A stretch of 64,000 nt of DNA from the NCBI GenBank assembly GCA_951406725.2, contig OX597834.1:18414001-18478000 (forward strand), written 5' to 3'. The DNA comes from Octopus vulgaris (lineage: Eukaryota). The notes under the pieces are model-generated. The model made no database searches. It saw only the letters and a program-made list of their open reading frames with translations, and was not told the DNA's origin. Shown one piece after another: positions 13,325 to 27,324 of this stretch. Within the stretch, counting starts at the first letter, position 1, and every line of letters begins with the position of its first letter. The position numbers and the translations under genes were made by a program.

Positions 13325-13665
13325 TATAGGCATGGCAAAAATGGTTCAGAAAATCGCATCGCTATCATGAGGTTCCGGATTCGATCCCAATGCATAGCAT
13401 CTTGAGCAAGTGTCTGTTACCATATTCTCATAAGTGAAATTGGAGACATGGGAACCGCTTAGAAGCCCATTAAATGATCCATACTTGTATTTCAAACGTC
13501 CATCCTAGTTACGCACAATGTTACGCCGATTTTCTCTGAGAATTACGTTAAGGATACTGCTGTCTGCGGAATATTCAACCACTTAACATCTATTTCAATC
13601 AGTAGTCAATTCCAGCCATCGAAAATTTGGAATATTCATCGTCGAAACCGATAGAAATCCATTGA
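13325..13665 (+). mobile_element. Old SINE with C-like head and B-like tail
   Basis: GGTTCCGGATTCGATCCC, CTTGAGCAAGTGTC, then TGTATTTCAAA...GAGAATTACGTTAAGG. Confidence 0.6.
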
Positions 13666-14411
13666 GATGTATATTTATTTGCAGTTGTGTCTAACGTGTC
13701 TGGTGCAAGTGCGTGTGTTTGTAGCTGCTTCTGTATGCATATGAAGTGCACATGTGTGCACATAATAATAGGTATGTATTTATATACTCATATTTGCACG
13801 TGTGTTGTATTTACCTAGTGTGTATGTGTTTTTATGTATCAATAAAAATGTGTAGTGAAAACGCATGGTTGACTGTGGAACTTACCAAGATATCTGTATC
13901 TATATGCGTGTATGTGTATGTTGCGTGTGCATGCTTGTATGCTTTGTGTAGGTAAAATATGTGATTGTCTATGGCTATGTAGCAATTGTATTCATGTGCA
14001 TCGAAGCAGAAATGTGCGTGCATATGTAAATGGGATTGTATCAACATTTAATTTTTTTAGTACTTTGTATACAGTTTTTGGCATGCGAATGCTTGGGAGT
14101 GTGTTAGAATACATTTGTTGATGTGAGTGTGCACATGTGTGCATGTGTGCATGTATGTACGTAGGCACGTGGGTGCACACATGTGTGAGGCTATAACAAG
14201 TGTCTATGAGTGTGTGAATTTAACTACATTGTGCGCGTAGTTTGTGTCTGTGTGTCTGAGTGAGAGATTCTATGTATTTAGGTTTTGCAAAATACATAGG
14301 TCTGCAAACGCAGATATATGTGTTCTCATGTATACGTACGTTTGTCTATATTTATATGTATTAGAGGTAAGAGAGTATGTGCATGAGTTGTTTATATTTT
14401 TTGTAGTTATA

Positions 14412-14585
14412 TATGTATGTATGTGTGTATGTATGTATGTATGTATGTATGTATGTATGTATGTATGTATGTATGTATGTATGTGTGTGTGTATGTATGT
14501 ATGTGTGTATGTATGTATGTATGTATGTATGTGTGTATGTATGTATGCATGTATGTATGTATGTACGTACGTATGTATGTATGTA

Positions 14586-14616
<31 letters not shown>

Positions 14617-15115
14617 ATGTGTGTGTGTATGTATGTATGTATGTATGTATGTATGTGTGTATGTATGTATGTATGTATGTATGTATGTATGTATGTATGT
14701 ATGTATGTATGTATGTATGTATGTATGTATGTATGTATGTATGTATGTATGTATGTACGTACGTATGTATGTATGTATGTATGTATGTATGTATGTATGT
14801 ATGTATGTATGTATGTATGTATGTATGTATGTATGTATGTATGTATGTATGTATGTGTGTATGTATGTATGTATGTATGTATGTATGTATGTGTGTATGT
14901 ATGTATGTATGTATGTATGTATGTATGTATGTATGAATGTGTGTATGTATGTATGTATGTATGTATGTGTGTGTGTATGTATGTGTGTATGTATGTATGT
15001 GTGTATGTATGTATGTGTGTATGTATGTGTGTATGTATGTATGTGTGTATGTATGTATGTGTGTGTATGTATGTACGTATGCATGTATGTATGTATGTAT
15101 GTATGTATGTATGTA

Positions 15116-15146
<31 letters not shown>

Positions 15147-15220
15147 ATGTATGTATGTATGTATGTATGTGTGTATGTATGTACGCACGCACACACACAC
15201 ACACACACACGCACACACAG
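14412..15220. repeat. Long (TATG)n microsatellite, ~800 bp
   Basis: Visible; source of the spurious MYVC/HTYI ORFs. Confidence 0.97.
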
Positions 15221-15304
15221 ATACATACTTTCTGTGCATATGCACAAACATAAACAGGCATACATCACATATACCATGCATTCACGGCGGCGGCGGCGGT
15301 ATGT

Positions 15305-15335
<31 letters not shown>

Positions 15336-15984
15336 GCGTGGGGGTGTATAATGTGTGTTTGTGTTGATGTATTGTGAAATGCCTTTGTTTACTCTATGAT
15401 AGTGCATGTGCTTATGTGTGTGTATGTGTGCATGTGTGTGTGTACAAGTCTATGTGTATATGTGTGTGTCAATGAGGCGTGCGTTTTTATGTATGGATGC
15501 GGGCGGGTATGCAAATGGTAGATATGCGAATCTTAGATATTATTTCGGTGACAACATTGTAATGGAAGATGGAAGCAAGTAGTCGATGAGTCAGGCGGAA
15601 TATTGTGGAATGTCCGTTGCTGCATCCTTTTCTAATGACACGTTTCTTGTTGCCATACTACACAAACACACTAGTTTCACGTTCGGTTTCACGAGTTAAA
15701 AGGGAGCCTTTACGTGGTCGCTTTATTTGCCAGAAATAGCAGTCAAATGTCCCTGAAATCTTAGAAAGTGAGATATTATATACTTGGGAAAAAGACAAGA
15801 TGGTCAGTGCTGGAATGTCTTTGTTATAGATCCTAGCATTGTTTAATAAAATATTATTAATGGTTTCTGATGTACACTGACCACAGTGCTTCAATGCTAC
15901 TTCCGGTTCTTTACGTTCTGACTCCAAATTCCACCGATACCACCTTCACCTTTCATCCTTTCAGGGTCAGTAAAAAAAAAAAAA

Positions 15985-16308
15985 GGAGCACTCCGTCGGT
16001 TACGACGACGAGGGTCCCAGCTGATACGATCAACGGAACAGCTTGCTCGTGAAATTAATGTGCAAGTGACTGAGCAATCCACAGACACGAGTACCCTTAA
16101 CGTAGTTCTCAGGGAGATTCAGCGTGACACAGAGAGTGACAAGGCCGGCCCTTTGAAATACAGGTACAACTCATTTTTGCCAGCTGAGTGGACTGGAGCA
16201 ACGTGAAATAAAGTGTCTTGCTCAAGGACACAGCGCATCGCCGGGAATCGAACTCACGACCTTATAATCGTCAGTCGAATGCCCTAACCACTAAGCCACG
16301 CGCCTTCA
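15985..16308 (-). mobile_element. SINE family B (tRNA head, CORE-like segment) inserted in a SINE A copy
   Basis: Minus strand GGCGCGTGGCTTAGTGGTTAGG...GAGTTCGATTCCC...TGTGTCCTTGAGCAAGACACTT; TCAGTAAA at both flanks; host SINE A ~15880-16390. Confidence 0.85.
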
Positions 16309-16399
16309 GTAAAGTACCAGTCAAGTACTGCGTTCAATGCATTCGACTTAAGTCTCCCACAAGATCTTAGGTTTTGTGCTAATATCAAAACCAGTTTAA

Positions 16400-16600
16400 A
16401 GGTGGTGGATTGGCAGAATCGTTAGGACGTCGGACATAATACTTTGGAGAAATTGATCCGGTTCTTTACGGGCTGAGCTCAACCAAAGTCTACTTTGCCT
16501 TTCATCCTATTTGGGTCGATAAAATAAAGTACCAGTCAAATACTAAGATCGATAGTATCGACTAACCCCCACCTCTCAAATTTGCTGACTTTGTGCCTTA
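16400..16600 (+). mobile_element. SINE family A, diverged
   Basis: TGGCAGAATCGTTAGGACGTCGG...TTTGCCTTTCATCC. Confidence 0.8.
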
Positions 16601-16655
16601 ATCATCATCTCGTCGTCGTTGTTGTGGTTGTTGTGGTTGTTGTTGTTGTTGTTGT

Positions 16656-16714
<59 letters not shown>

Positions 16715-16989
16715 ATATATATATATATATACAGTACAAGCTAGGGTATTTGATAGCATTAGAACACGACGCCTGGATTGTCACGGCTGGAAACCTTTTG
16801 ATTATAAAACTGCTCAAATACACAGTGGTATAAAAAGACCTTGGAGACTTGAGTTGATATTTTGATATTCTAACACATGATTGAAGATTACAATTTGGCA
16901 GATTAAGAAGAAATTAAACGGTCAGTTAGACCTAGTTTTATATTGATGAAATATAAGTTGTTCTGTTGTTTGGCCCGAAAGCATACACT

Positions 16990-18420
16990 TCTTTGTAATT
17001 CGTGTATAATCAGTTTTTTTTTAATGTAATAACATAAATAGGCTTATACAAAAAGGCTGAAGACGACCAGCTCTGATGTCTATATTAATCTTTGTAAGTG
17101 GAAGAAATTCAAATGTATCCCTTTAGTAATTTTGAAAAAAAGAATGTTGCAATGGGATATTTATAGTCATTTGTAGAAATTTTCACGAAAAGAATACACA
17201 AATTCTAGTTTTTAACTGCAAATAGAAGGTTGGACTGGAATGCTAGTTGTAATTTTTGCAGAACAGGAATTCTGAAATGAAATTGGATTTATATTTTGTT
17301 TTTACTGGTAAAGATGATGATGGTCATTCGCTTTAATATGGTAAAATGTCTCAATTCTTTAGTATTCTCAGACAAAAATTAAGTTGGCGTCTCATTGTTG
17401 AGTGTCTTGAATAACACACCCATGTGTATAGAGTATAAGAAATTGATTTACAGCTTAATTATTAGCTTAATATAACCATTGATGTAATTTTAACTGAGTA
17501 TAATATCTTTTTTCACCATAACTTGGTTAAAAATATTGCTTTGATAGCGTTGAAGTACTTTGGCGGTTCAAGTTCACACTACATTTATAACATTGAATGC
17601 CCCTATCCATGTTTTGTTCGTTATTAGTCAAAGAAAAAATAGAAAATTATATAGCCAAATATCAATTCCAAATTCAGCAACACTTCAGAAACCATGAGAA
17701 AAGAATCTCTTGAACAGTACTGTTTTCAAGACCAGTTTCAATCAACTGTTCTGAAAATGGAGGCAGGTTGTCTTATTATGTTTGTTATGCTACTACTGTC
17801 CCTTGCCCAACCATAGCTCCCTGTCGCTTTTAGAAGTAAAATCGCTCTCAAAAGTATAGTTGATATAATCAGCGTCAGAAACATTAATCAAAATTTTATG
17901 AAAATTATGAGATGGGTAAAAATTGGAGAAAAGTGTGTCAAATGTCAACCAATTTTCTGTAAAAAAAAAAAAAAAAGGCAAAAGGCAACATTTTGGAATC
18001 TGATATTTAGTTAAGTTATGTCTTGAATTTTCAAAATCAAATTGTTTTTGAATGTTACCATGTGTCTATTTTTTGTTACAAAAGTACTACGTTCGTGAAA
18101 AACACCGTAAAATGTTTGCAAATTTTATCGGATTTTAGGGGTAAATTCCCTAACAACATCGACAAAAGTTTAAAAATCTTTTCCCTAAAGTTACAAAAAG
18201 AATCACCAGAATTTTAATAAAATCTATACTTTAACCCTTTTTCTTTTCTTAGATGACAAAATAACATTTATTCTGTTTTTCTGAAAATAAAATTTTTGAG
18301 TCATTTTTTTTCATTTTTGTGATTTTTTGCCATGCAAAATTTTGACACTGTATACAAATTGACAGCAACAATACTTATCTAAAAAATAAAGGGCGCATTA
18401 CTTAGGATGCACTATGCCTG
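16990..18420 (-). pseudogene. Possible highly decayed DNA transposon (piggyBac-like C-terminus)
   Basis: Minus strand ~17100-17170 YKYPHCN...NFFH weakly resembles a piggyBac Cys-rich C-terminus; very degraded. Confidence 0.25.
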
Positions 18421-20326
18421 AGAAAAATGGCAGTATGTTCACAGTTGGTACGCCTTTAATAATAGGCCTACTTGATCGGAGCTAACTCGCAGCTAAGCCA
18501 GAACAACTGACCTATTATTATTTTAACCATCTCATTTAACTTCTAATGGTACGGAGTCAATGAGAGATCGTCTTTATGCAGTCACTTGACCTACTAGAAA
18601 TAACAAGCAAATCTTCCTCAAACCGCGTATTGGATAAATTAGTCGTACGTACAGCATGTTTACAAAAGACAGATTTAGTCATAGCTGGAAAGCCTTCGAC
18701 AGTTGGACTGTCAAATTTGACCACGACTTTCACAAAAGCAACAACAATCGCTAAAGTGTTTAAATATGATATATTTTTCTTTCACAGATAAGAGGCCTCA
18801 TATTTATCGGAGCGGAAACTCCGGAAAACGAAGATAGGATTATTATTCAAACTTTTAACAAAAGTATTACTAACATAAGAAAAGTCAGATGGCTTTATCC
18901 ATGGATTGCAGACTCTGCTCTCTCTAACTATTAAGGAAACTACTTTTGGTTGCTTCGAAGACAACTGTAATTTTAGAAGTGGGGATTTCAGGGAATTTGA
19001 AGTCGTGATATTTATGCCGTTCTCAAAGGCATTTGTATTACATAAGAAAAGTGAAATGGTGTCAGCCGAAAATCCAGTCTGGTTAATCAAGAGCTTTTGT
19101 ATAGCACCAACCAGCATTTATGATATTAAAAATTCATGTGGTGACCGTCGTAAAACAAATGCTGGCTGGCCTCTGCCGTTAATATCTTATGAATATGCAC
19201 GAACGTCACAAAATCCTATTTCCCTTTCTTTGAAAATATTTCAAAATGTTAATATGTTAATAATTTGTTTGTTAGGTGTTCTTTTATGACGTAAAATAGT
19301 TTCATTGATGTTATTTTTTTTCCTACGGAACCAAATGAAATAGAATAAATTAAAATTAACGGCAAATTTAATAATTACAACAACAATAATAACATATTAC
19401 ATCAGTTTCGGTTATCTCTTGTATGTATGACTCTTCATATTTAACATTTTTGTTAACCAACTAATTAAGTCTAGCTGCAACAAAGAGCTCCTTTTTTTTT
19501 ATTATTAAAAGGATTGATTAAAAAATCAAAAAAGTTTTTTTCTTAAATTTAATAATGACTAATTTTGAAATTCCACTGTCTCATTCTTTCCCTTAAATAC
19601 CTAATATTGAAGAAAGGAAAACAAAAGAAATTCAAAAGAGTAAATAAGATAAATAAATAAAAACAACTTTTTAACATTTAAAAATTTTTTATTTATCATC
19701 CAATATTAAATGTCATTGTTGTCTTAAACTAATACAGCTTTCTTTTCATTCTACTCGCTTCCTTTCCATACATGCCTCCCTCGACCTTATAGAAATTCTA
19801 TAAGGGATTATCAGGTAGAACCCAATTGTTCTTCACACAATTTGAGAAATTTTTAGTGCAGATTTTCTTCAAAAAGAGTTGTATAAATTCGAATAGATTA
19901 TGAGACAATAGAATCCAACCCATTACCTCTTTCAGCCCATTACCCGCTTTTTATTTTGCCCTTTTTTGTTTTCTTTTTCATTAATAATCACTGCATCCAG
20001 TTCGCATATTTCACGGATTCCTAATCTCGGGATTTCTATTCTGTTTATTATATTTGCTATTTTGCCTCACTTAATTTCGTCTACAAATGTATATATCGAT
20101 CGAGTATCATATTTAAAGTAACTATTTCATTCGGCATAGGTCGCGCTGACACAGAAAGGTAGTAAGGTCGTTGGAAGTGATATTGGTGGTATGAAGTTCG
20201 AAGTATGGTGCTCGGTGATTCAAATATAGGGAGCTAATGGAAAAGCAGAAAATTAATTTGATCCTCTTACCTTAAACATCAAAGATTATTAGGGCACCTT
20301 AACAACAACAACAACAACAACAACAA

Positions 20327-20384
<58 letters not shown>

Positions 20385-21518
20385 TGCATTAGCAATGACA
20401 GCTCTAAGATATAAAAAGTGTGCGTCAAATCACCATCAATCAATGTTATGCGCCTGTTAATTAACAGTCAAATTTTCTTGACATCCTAGATTTGTCTCTA
20501 AAAGGCAGGAAATAACCATAAACAATATCTTTCTACTATATTTTGAAGCATATTCCTTCTTCCTTGACTACCAGTAGTGGTTCCAAAGAATCATATCAAC
20601 TTGTGAGAACTATTTTCCTAGTTTGTCAATACAACACTATAGTCCTCATTCTTAGCCGAAGATTCTTCATTCCTTATGCCGACACAGACCATCATTAGTT
20701 TTCTCGTATATCCGTTATTTATCCAACGTTTGGGAGCTATCTATTCTACTCTAACTCATGCCATTGACAACATTAATGAAAGTAAAACGCGGTTGCTGAT
20801 TGATATGAATCGGGAAGCATCTTTTCCTAAAACGTTTTCGGCTCTCCCGTGCGATTGTAAACCCTTTCAATTAGAAATTCTGTGACAGATCATCCATTTA
20901 CTACATAAGATAATGAAAATATGTTACAACATACGTTCATTTTAATTTTTCAGAGAATTGTTTATCGAGGCTAAATTATCTTTTTGACTTTCATCTCCTG
21001 GAAGTCATAATCGTATTATCTTTTAAAAAAGTAAACGAAACGGTGGGTAATATTTCAAAATACACTATTTGTGCAAAGAAAAATACCTGTAAGTAGGATA
21101 TGCCCAACATCTAATTTCTCGAACAACACGCTAAGGCAAATATCATTAAAAAAGTAAGTTGTTGGGTTTTAAGGTAGAGATATGATAAAAAGCATTCTAA
21201 CCGAGACCATCTTGTTTTTTGTTTTCAGAGTGTAACTTGGACCACATTATCCAATGTCCCCTTTTTATAAGATGATATAGCAGTTGTTCTCAATCGCTGT
21301 ATCAGAAAGAAGTATCAAAGTTCATCACAGATTTTTAATAATATAACAAAAGTCGAGCGTCTTGCAAGACATGTTATTCATAATTTTGTTATGTGATAAG
21401 TAAAACAAAGTAAATAATGGTTTTCTATATTTTTCTCTAAATTTTAAAATCAATTTTTTTTTTAACTTACCGTGTGAAGTGTACCAGTCAATGAAAAATC
21501 TAACAGAACAACTTCTGA

Positions 21519-21655
21519 GCTCCGATGAGGAAAATTTGCGGAATGACTGTTCCATTAATTAATCGATTAATTAATTGTTTACTTGATCAGTTGTGTGTAC
21601 AAACGATTGAATAATATGGATACGGTTGCGCAAGTTTTTTCTCAAACATGTCTGC
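21519..21655 (+). ncRNA. Degenerate hammerhead with long stem II
   Basis: CCGATGA GGAAAATTTGCG ... CGCAAGTTTTTTCT CAAA CATG TC; ACATGT palindrome and GUC triplet; two core substitutions. Confidence 0.4.
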
Positions 21656-21999
21656 AAATAAAGTTATAGAAGAATATAAATCTTCATTCTTTGTCTGATT
21701 ACTGTTATACTCTGTAATTAATGCACCAACCTATCAATTGAGAATAACTTCGGATTTACAATTTGTAATAGTCACCTGACACTATCTAATCTATATGGAT
21801 TACTATACTCTTCCATGGTCATTCTGCTAGCTAGGTTCGTCGCAAGGAGTGATAACTGAGGTATTATTCACTTGAATTTCTGCAATCCCTATTTTCCTTC
21901 ACTCTACCCCCCCCCCACACACACATACACATGCACACACATGCATATGCACGCGCACACACAATATACATATGTATTTATATAAATTATGTGTGTGTA

Positions 22000-22060
<61 letters not shown>

Positions 22061-22079
22061 GGTGGTGGTAGTAGTAGTA

Positions 22080-22153
<74 letters not shown>
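22000..22153. repeat. (TAG)n/(TGG)n microsatellite
   Basis: Visible. Confidence 0.95.
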
Positions 22154-22854
22154 CGCTGCTCTACTTGTATTGGTAAGCGAATCATTGCTTTCGCCAACCA
22201 CGCACATATTGTCATGTTGCCTAACAACTGGAGGCAGAAATTTCTGGCTTAAAAAGAGAGTAAATGACAATAAATTTCGCCCCTTTTTGCAAAAATATTT
22301 TATGAACCGATGGTAACGCATGATACATAACCATGTCATACAAGCATACGAGTTTCAATTGTTTCATTTAGTGTTCTATTTTAACCAATTAAACGTGTTT
22401 AAATCAAAAGCTGCCGTGAGCCTACTCATTTAATGAGAACAAGAGTATGAAAATCACAGGAAAATAAAAGACACCGATGATCGCCTTCACTAGCTGACTG
22501 TATGTTGGTCAACTGGTGTGTTGCAAGACCGTTTTCTCCTCACACTTCATCTTTGCTTCCTCGCGCTACAATAAGAACTTTCTAGTATATTTCCCTCGTT
22601 CTAATTGCCCTTATATATCCTGAATTATGAAGTTCAACTGAAAGGTATATAAAATTGTCAATGTCATTGCGTAATATCGATTGCTCTTAATACATGCAAA
22701 GGTAGAAGTTGCATCATTTGTCAGTGAAATTAATGGAAAAAAACTGAACTAAAGCCTTCTTATCTTATTTACTGACATGGTGACGGAATGATAATTCTGC
22801 TATTTCTAGCTCACAACGCCAACGTATTTTCTTCCGTGTGCGTGTGTGTGATTG

Positions 22855-23050
22855 TATCTTTTATTTTTCCGTTGTCTGTTGTTGGACTGCGGCCATGCTG
22901 TGGCATCACCTTGAAGAATTTAGTCGAACAAATCAACTCCAGTACTAATATTTTAAAGTCTGGTACTTATTCTATGGCTCCCTTTTGCCGAATCGCCATT
23001 TAAGGCGATGTAAACAAACTAGCCCTGGTTGTCAAGCGATGGAGACAGAC
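22855..23050 (-). mobile_element. SINE family C 3' part
   Basis: Reverse complement of the 23350-23540 segment. Confidence 0.75.
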
Positions 23051-23089
23051 ATACCTCTTTCTCTCTCTCTCTCCACACACACATGTATA

Positions 23090-23134
<45 letters not shown>

Positions 23135-23136
<2 letters not shown>

Positions 23137-23555
23137 CGCAGGAGTGGCTGTGTGGTAAGTAGCTTGCTAACCAACCACATGGTTCCGGGTTCAGTCCCAC
23201 TGCGTGGCATCTTGGGCAAGTGTCTTCTGCTATAGCCCCGGGCCGACCAATGCCTTGTGAGTGGATTTGGTAGACGGAAACTGAAAGAAGCCTGTCGTAT
23301 ATATGTGTATATATATATATATATATATGTGTGTGTTTGTGTGTCTGTATTTGTCCCCCTAGCATCGCTTGACAACCGATGCTTGTGTGTTTACGTCCCC
23401 GTCACTTAGCGGTTCGGCAAAAAAGAGACCGATAGAATAAGTACTGGGCTTACAAAGAATAAGTCCCGGGGTCGAGTTGCTCGATTAAAGGCGGTGCTCC
23501 AGCATGGCCGCAGTCAAATGACTGAAAACAAGTAAAAGAGTAAAAGAGTAAGAGT
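23135..23555 (+). mobile_element. Full-length SINE family C (tRNA head, CORE-like, internal (TA)/(TG), GTAAAAGA tail)
   Basis: A-box GTGGCTGTGTGG, B-box GGTTCAGTCCC, CTTGGGCAAGTG; near-identical copy at 54948-55356. Confidence 0.9.
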
Positions 23556-23720
23556 ATATTTATATTTGTGTGTGTGTGTGTGTGTGTGTAACCTATGTAG
23601 TATCTTTATAAACAGGGCTAATTTAGCTGTTTCTTCGTAGATTGAAAAATGATGAACAACCGGGCTTCTTTCAGTTGCGGTCTACCAAATCCACTTAAAC
23701 ACACACACACGCACGCGCGT

Positions 23721-23762
<42 letters not shown>

Positions 23763-24623
23763 ACACATATGCACACACATGCGTGCGCGCGCACGTGTGT
23801 ATTGACTCCATGAGAATTTATTGAATAGATCGAAGCATGCCATTTATGATGTCTAGACATTATGAGACATTATGACACAAATCAACAGATAAGACAATCC
23901 ATTCAGTTAACGAAGGCTGCATCGATAAAGGGTAGTTCATTGATGTTTGGTATTCCGCAAATCCAAGGGTACCCAAAGTTGCATGTATGTATAGAAAGAT
24001 ATATATACATACACACATGCAAGCACATATTTATCACATTATGTTATTCTATTTTATAACTTTTTAATAAATGAATTTATCACTTCAACCTTGAATTAAT
24101 TCGATTGTTCGTTTTTTTGTTTCCCCACAGATCCGCAAATAATTCTTTCCATATACTTGCTTATTTTGAAATTTGATTTCGACCATATAATTTGATCTGC
24201 ATTTTTCTGTGTCTCTGTTCGGTTTCTTTTCTTCTCTTTCTTTTCTTTTTCTTTTCTTTTCTTTCTTTTTGCTGCATCCGCACCCTCCATTTTATAATAC
24301 ATTTAAATCTCTAATTTCTCTATCTGATGCATGTTTTCTAATCACTTCTACATCTCTGAAGTTCTAGTTTTGTTGTTCGTTTATATTTGATACAAATTGC
24401 TATTCGTAACTTTTAGTATCTTTAACTTAGCTCCCATCTTTTCCTTTCTGCTTTTTCTAGTCTTTTCTCTCTTTATCTCTTTCTTTTTCTCTTCGTTTTT
24501 TCTCTTTTTCCCCCCTCTTGCTATGAACCCCGACTTCATAACTAAAATACACTTGTGTATTTATTCTTTACTTGTTTTTCGACACACTCATTCGCCCTCG
24601 TCTCAATTCTTTATTCTTTATGC

Positions 24624-24934
24624 CAGTGCAACTCAAAGTGATCGTCCGCGGACCGGTGCCGGTCCGTGAGCCATCAGTTGCCGAAACGCGGCCAGTTTCC
24701 AGAAAAAAAGACCCCATAAAATGCTTATGAAATGCTTATGTAATATTCTATTTATTTGTTTACAAAATGGATGTAGGATGAAAAAATATTGTTAACTTTT
24801 ATCATATTCATTATGTATATTGTTTCTGGTATAAATTAATATTACTAAGAAATATTACCGGTCCCTGGTACATTGGGCGGTGGTGGAGAGCAGAAACTAC
24901 CGGTATGCCACTGCAGATAGTTTGAGAAGCACTG
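24624..24934. mobile_element. hAT (Charlie/MER5-like) MITE, 311 bp
   Basis: TIRs CAGTGCAACTCAAA / TTTGAGAAGCACTG; perfect 8 bp TSD CTTTATGC (24616-24623, 24935-24942). Confidence 0.88.
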
Positions 24935-25349
24935 CTTTATGCCATATTTTTCTAACACTTGATTTATAAAACAATTTTCCTCTTCGTTGCTATTATTATG
25001 CCTATTTCTATGTATAATCGATTTATACTATTTAATTTTTAATTCGATTTTGACTCGTTTTTTAATGTTTAAATTTTTTCGTCAATGGTCAATCGTTTTC
25101 ATTCAACAAATTTCTGTTATTCTGATAAGTAATAACTCCTTGTCCAATCATCTTTAACTGTTTATTTGATGAGTTAGCAAACAATTATCACTGCACCGTT
25201 TATAAGCACTTATAAATCATCATATTGTTTACAAGAAAAACTCACGGCTATCTGATGATCAGTTATGTGGAACTCCAAATAACAGGCTGAGAGAAATTTT
25301 TTTCACAACCTCAAAAAAGGAAAAGACAGCATGTGTATATGTGTGTGTG

Positions 25350-25382
<33 letters not shown>

Positions 25383-25387
25383 GTGCG

Positions 25388-25447
<60 letters not shown>

Positions 25448-26181
25448 TGTGTGTGTGTGTGTTTATGTTAAGTTATATTAAAGAACAAATTAGCATTAAA
25501 CTAAAGGATTACTCAATCCTTTTTAGTAGAGTACATTAACTTTGACAAGGAAAAGGTTTACAGTGACTTCGAAGTTTCGGCTTGCTTGCTTTCAGTTGAC
25601 AATGGTTTACTTTTTTTTTTATTTTGGCTTTTAAAGTTTTTGGCAGATTTTTTTCCTGCTAAGTGGAGGAATGTGATGATAATTAGATATGGTATATTTG
25701 TTTGTAGGTTGTCAGTTGATAGAAAAGTATAGTGGAGATATTCATTTTGGTTTGATATGGGAATTTTTGTAACTGTTTAGGGTTGAAGTGAGGCGTGGAA
25801 GTAAAGATGTAAACAGATTTATCAATTTCAGGTCACGACATTCTTTGCATATTAGATTGCTTCTCTGGTATCTTAGAGTTCCCAAGAGAATGTGGTTGAT
25901 ACTCAAGATATATTAGATTCAGGTTGAATTTAGTGTTGGTGTTATTAGTTTTCTATTGACAAATTTTAAGTAATTTAGGAAGGTTTCGAATGAGGAGACT
26001 ATAATGCTATCAATATTCATTAGGATTTTCTAATCTGGTTCTAGCGTGGCTATTTATATTTATATTATAAGTTTAGATAGCCACATACATATAACTAATT
26101 ATATATACATCTCGATGAATGCATAAAGATGATGCACCATGTGTCGTTGTGTATATGAATATGTGTGTGTGTGTATGTATG

Positions 26182-26236
<55 letters not shown>

Positions 26237-26237
<1 letters not shown>

Positions 26238-26535
26238 CGAGGGTTATCGTTTTCCGACATTATATCCTTCCAGCAGTCCACTTCTTCCAGCAGTCCACAA
26301 GCTTGCCTCGGCTGGATGCGCAGCCATTTATACACTGCTTCCGAAGCTTCTTCGTCCCTTGCAAAGCGACGACTTTTAAAAGATGTTTGAGCAGTCCAAA
26401 AGGGTTACAATCAGAAGAGATCTTGAACTATATGCGGAGTGTTCCAGCAACTCGAAGTCCAATTTATCAATGGTTTCAACGGGTTGGGCGGCCGATTGGT
26501 GTGAATTCCTGGTTTCAAATTGTTAGCGGGTGAAA
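26237..26535 (-). pseudogene. Mariner transposase C-terminal fragment
   Basis: Minus strand FELLEHSAYS...SDCNPFGLLKHLLKSRRFARDEEASEAVYKWL (cf. HPPYSPDLAPSDYHLF...GRRF); TACGAGGG TIR-like start. Confidence 0.8.
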
Positions 26536-26554
26536 AACCAATTACATAAAATAA

Positions 26555-26618
26555 TATATATATATATATATATACCACACATACACACACACGCACACAC
26601 GCACGCACGCATACACTG

Positions 26619-26650
<32 letters not shown>

Positions 26651-26778
26651 TGTATGTATGTATGTATGTATGTATGTATGTATGTATGCACGTATATGCA
26701 TATATATATATATATATATATATGTATACATATACATGCATATATATTTGTATATATATGTGTATATATTTATATATG

Positions 26779-26809
<31 letters not shown>

Positions 26810-27293
26810 AAAGTACGTATATATACATATATGTGTATACATGCATGTTTATATGATTACATACACACAAATATATACATACATACGTGCATGCATGCAT
26901 GCATACATACATACATACATACATACATACATACATACACACATACATACATACATACATACATATATACATACATACATACATACAAACATATATACAT
27001 ACATACATACAAACATATATACATACATACATACATACATGCATTCATACATACCTACATACATACATACAAACATACATACATACACACATACATACAT
27101 ACATACATACATACATACATACATACATAACATACATACATACATGCATAACATACATACATACATGCATACATACATACATACATACATACATACATAC
27201 AGACATACATACATACATGCATGCATACATACATATATACATACATACATGCATGCATGCATGCATACATACATACATACATACATACATACA

Positions 27294-27323
<30 letters not shown>
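26555..27323. repeat. Compound TA/TATG/TACA microsatellite field
   Basis: Visible. Confidence 0.95.

Positions 27324-27324
<1 letters not shown>

Noticed and set aside
14244-15377. Long ORFs of 230-335 aa (MYVC/HTYI repeats), and similar ORFs at 26.4-27.5 kb and 31.7-32.3 kb
   Set aside because: Translations of (TATG)n/(TACA)n microsatellites, open only because the repeat lacks stop codons.
19111-19165. Possible pre-miRNA hairpin
   Set aside because: Stem too short and interrupted, large unpaired centre, no recognised mature miRNA.
19785-19805. 21 bp near-perfect palindrome CCTTATAGAAATTCTATAAGG
   Set aside because: Isolated, AT-rich, no supporting context.
25250-25305. CTGATGA followed by a TCAG...CTGA stem
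   Set aside because: GAAA/NUH and stem I not correctly placed; too weak to call a hammerhead.
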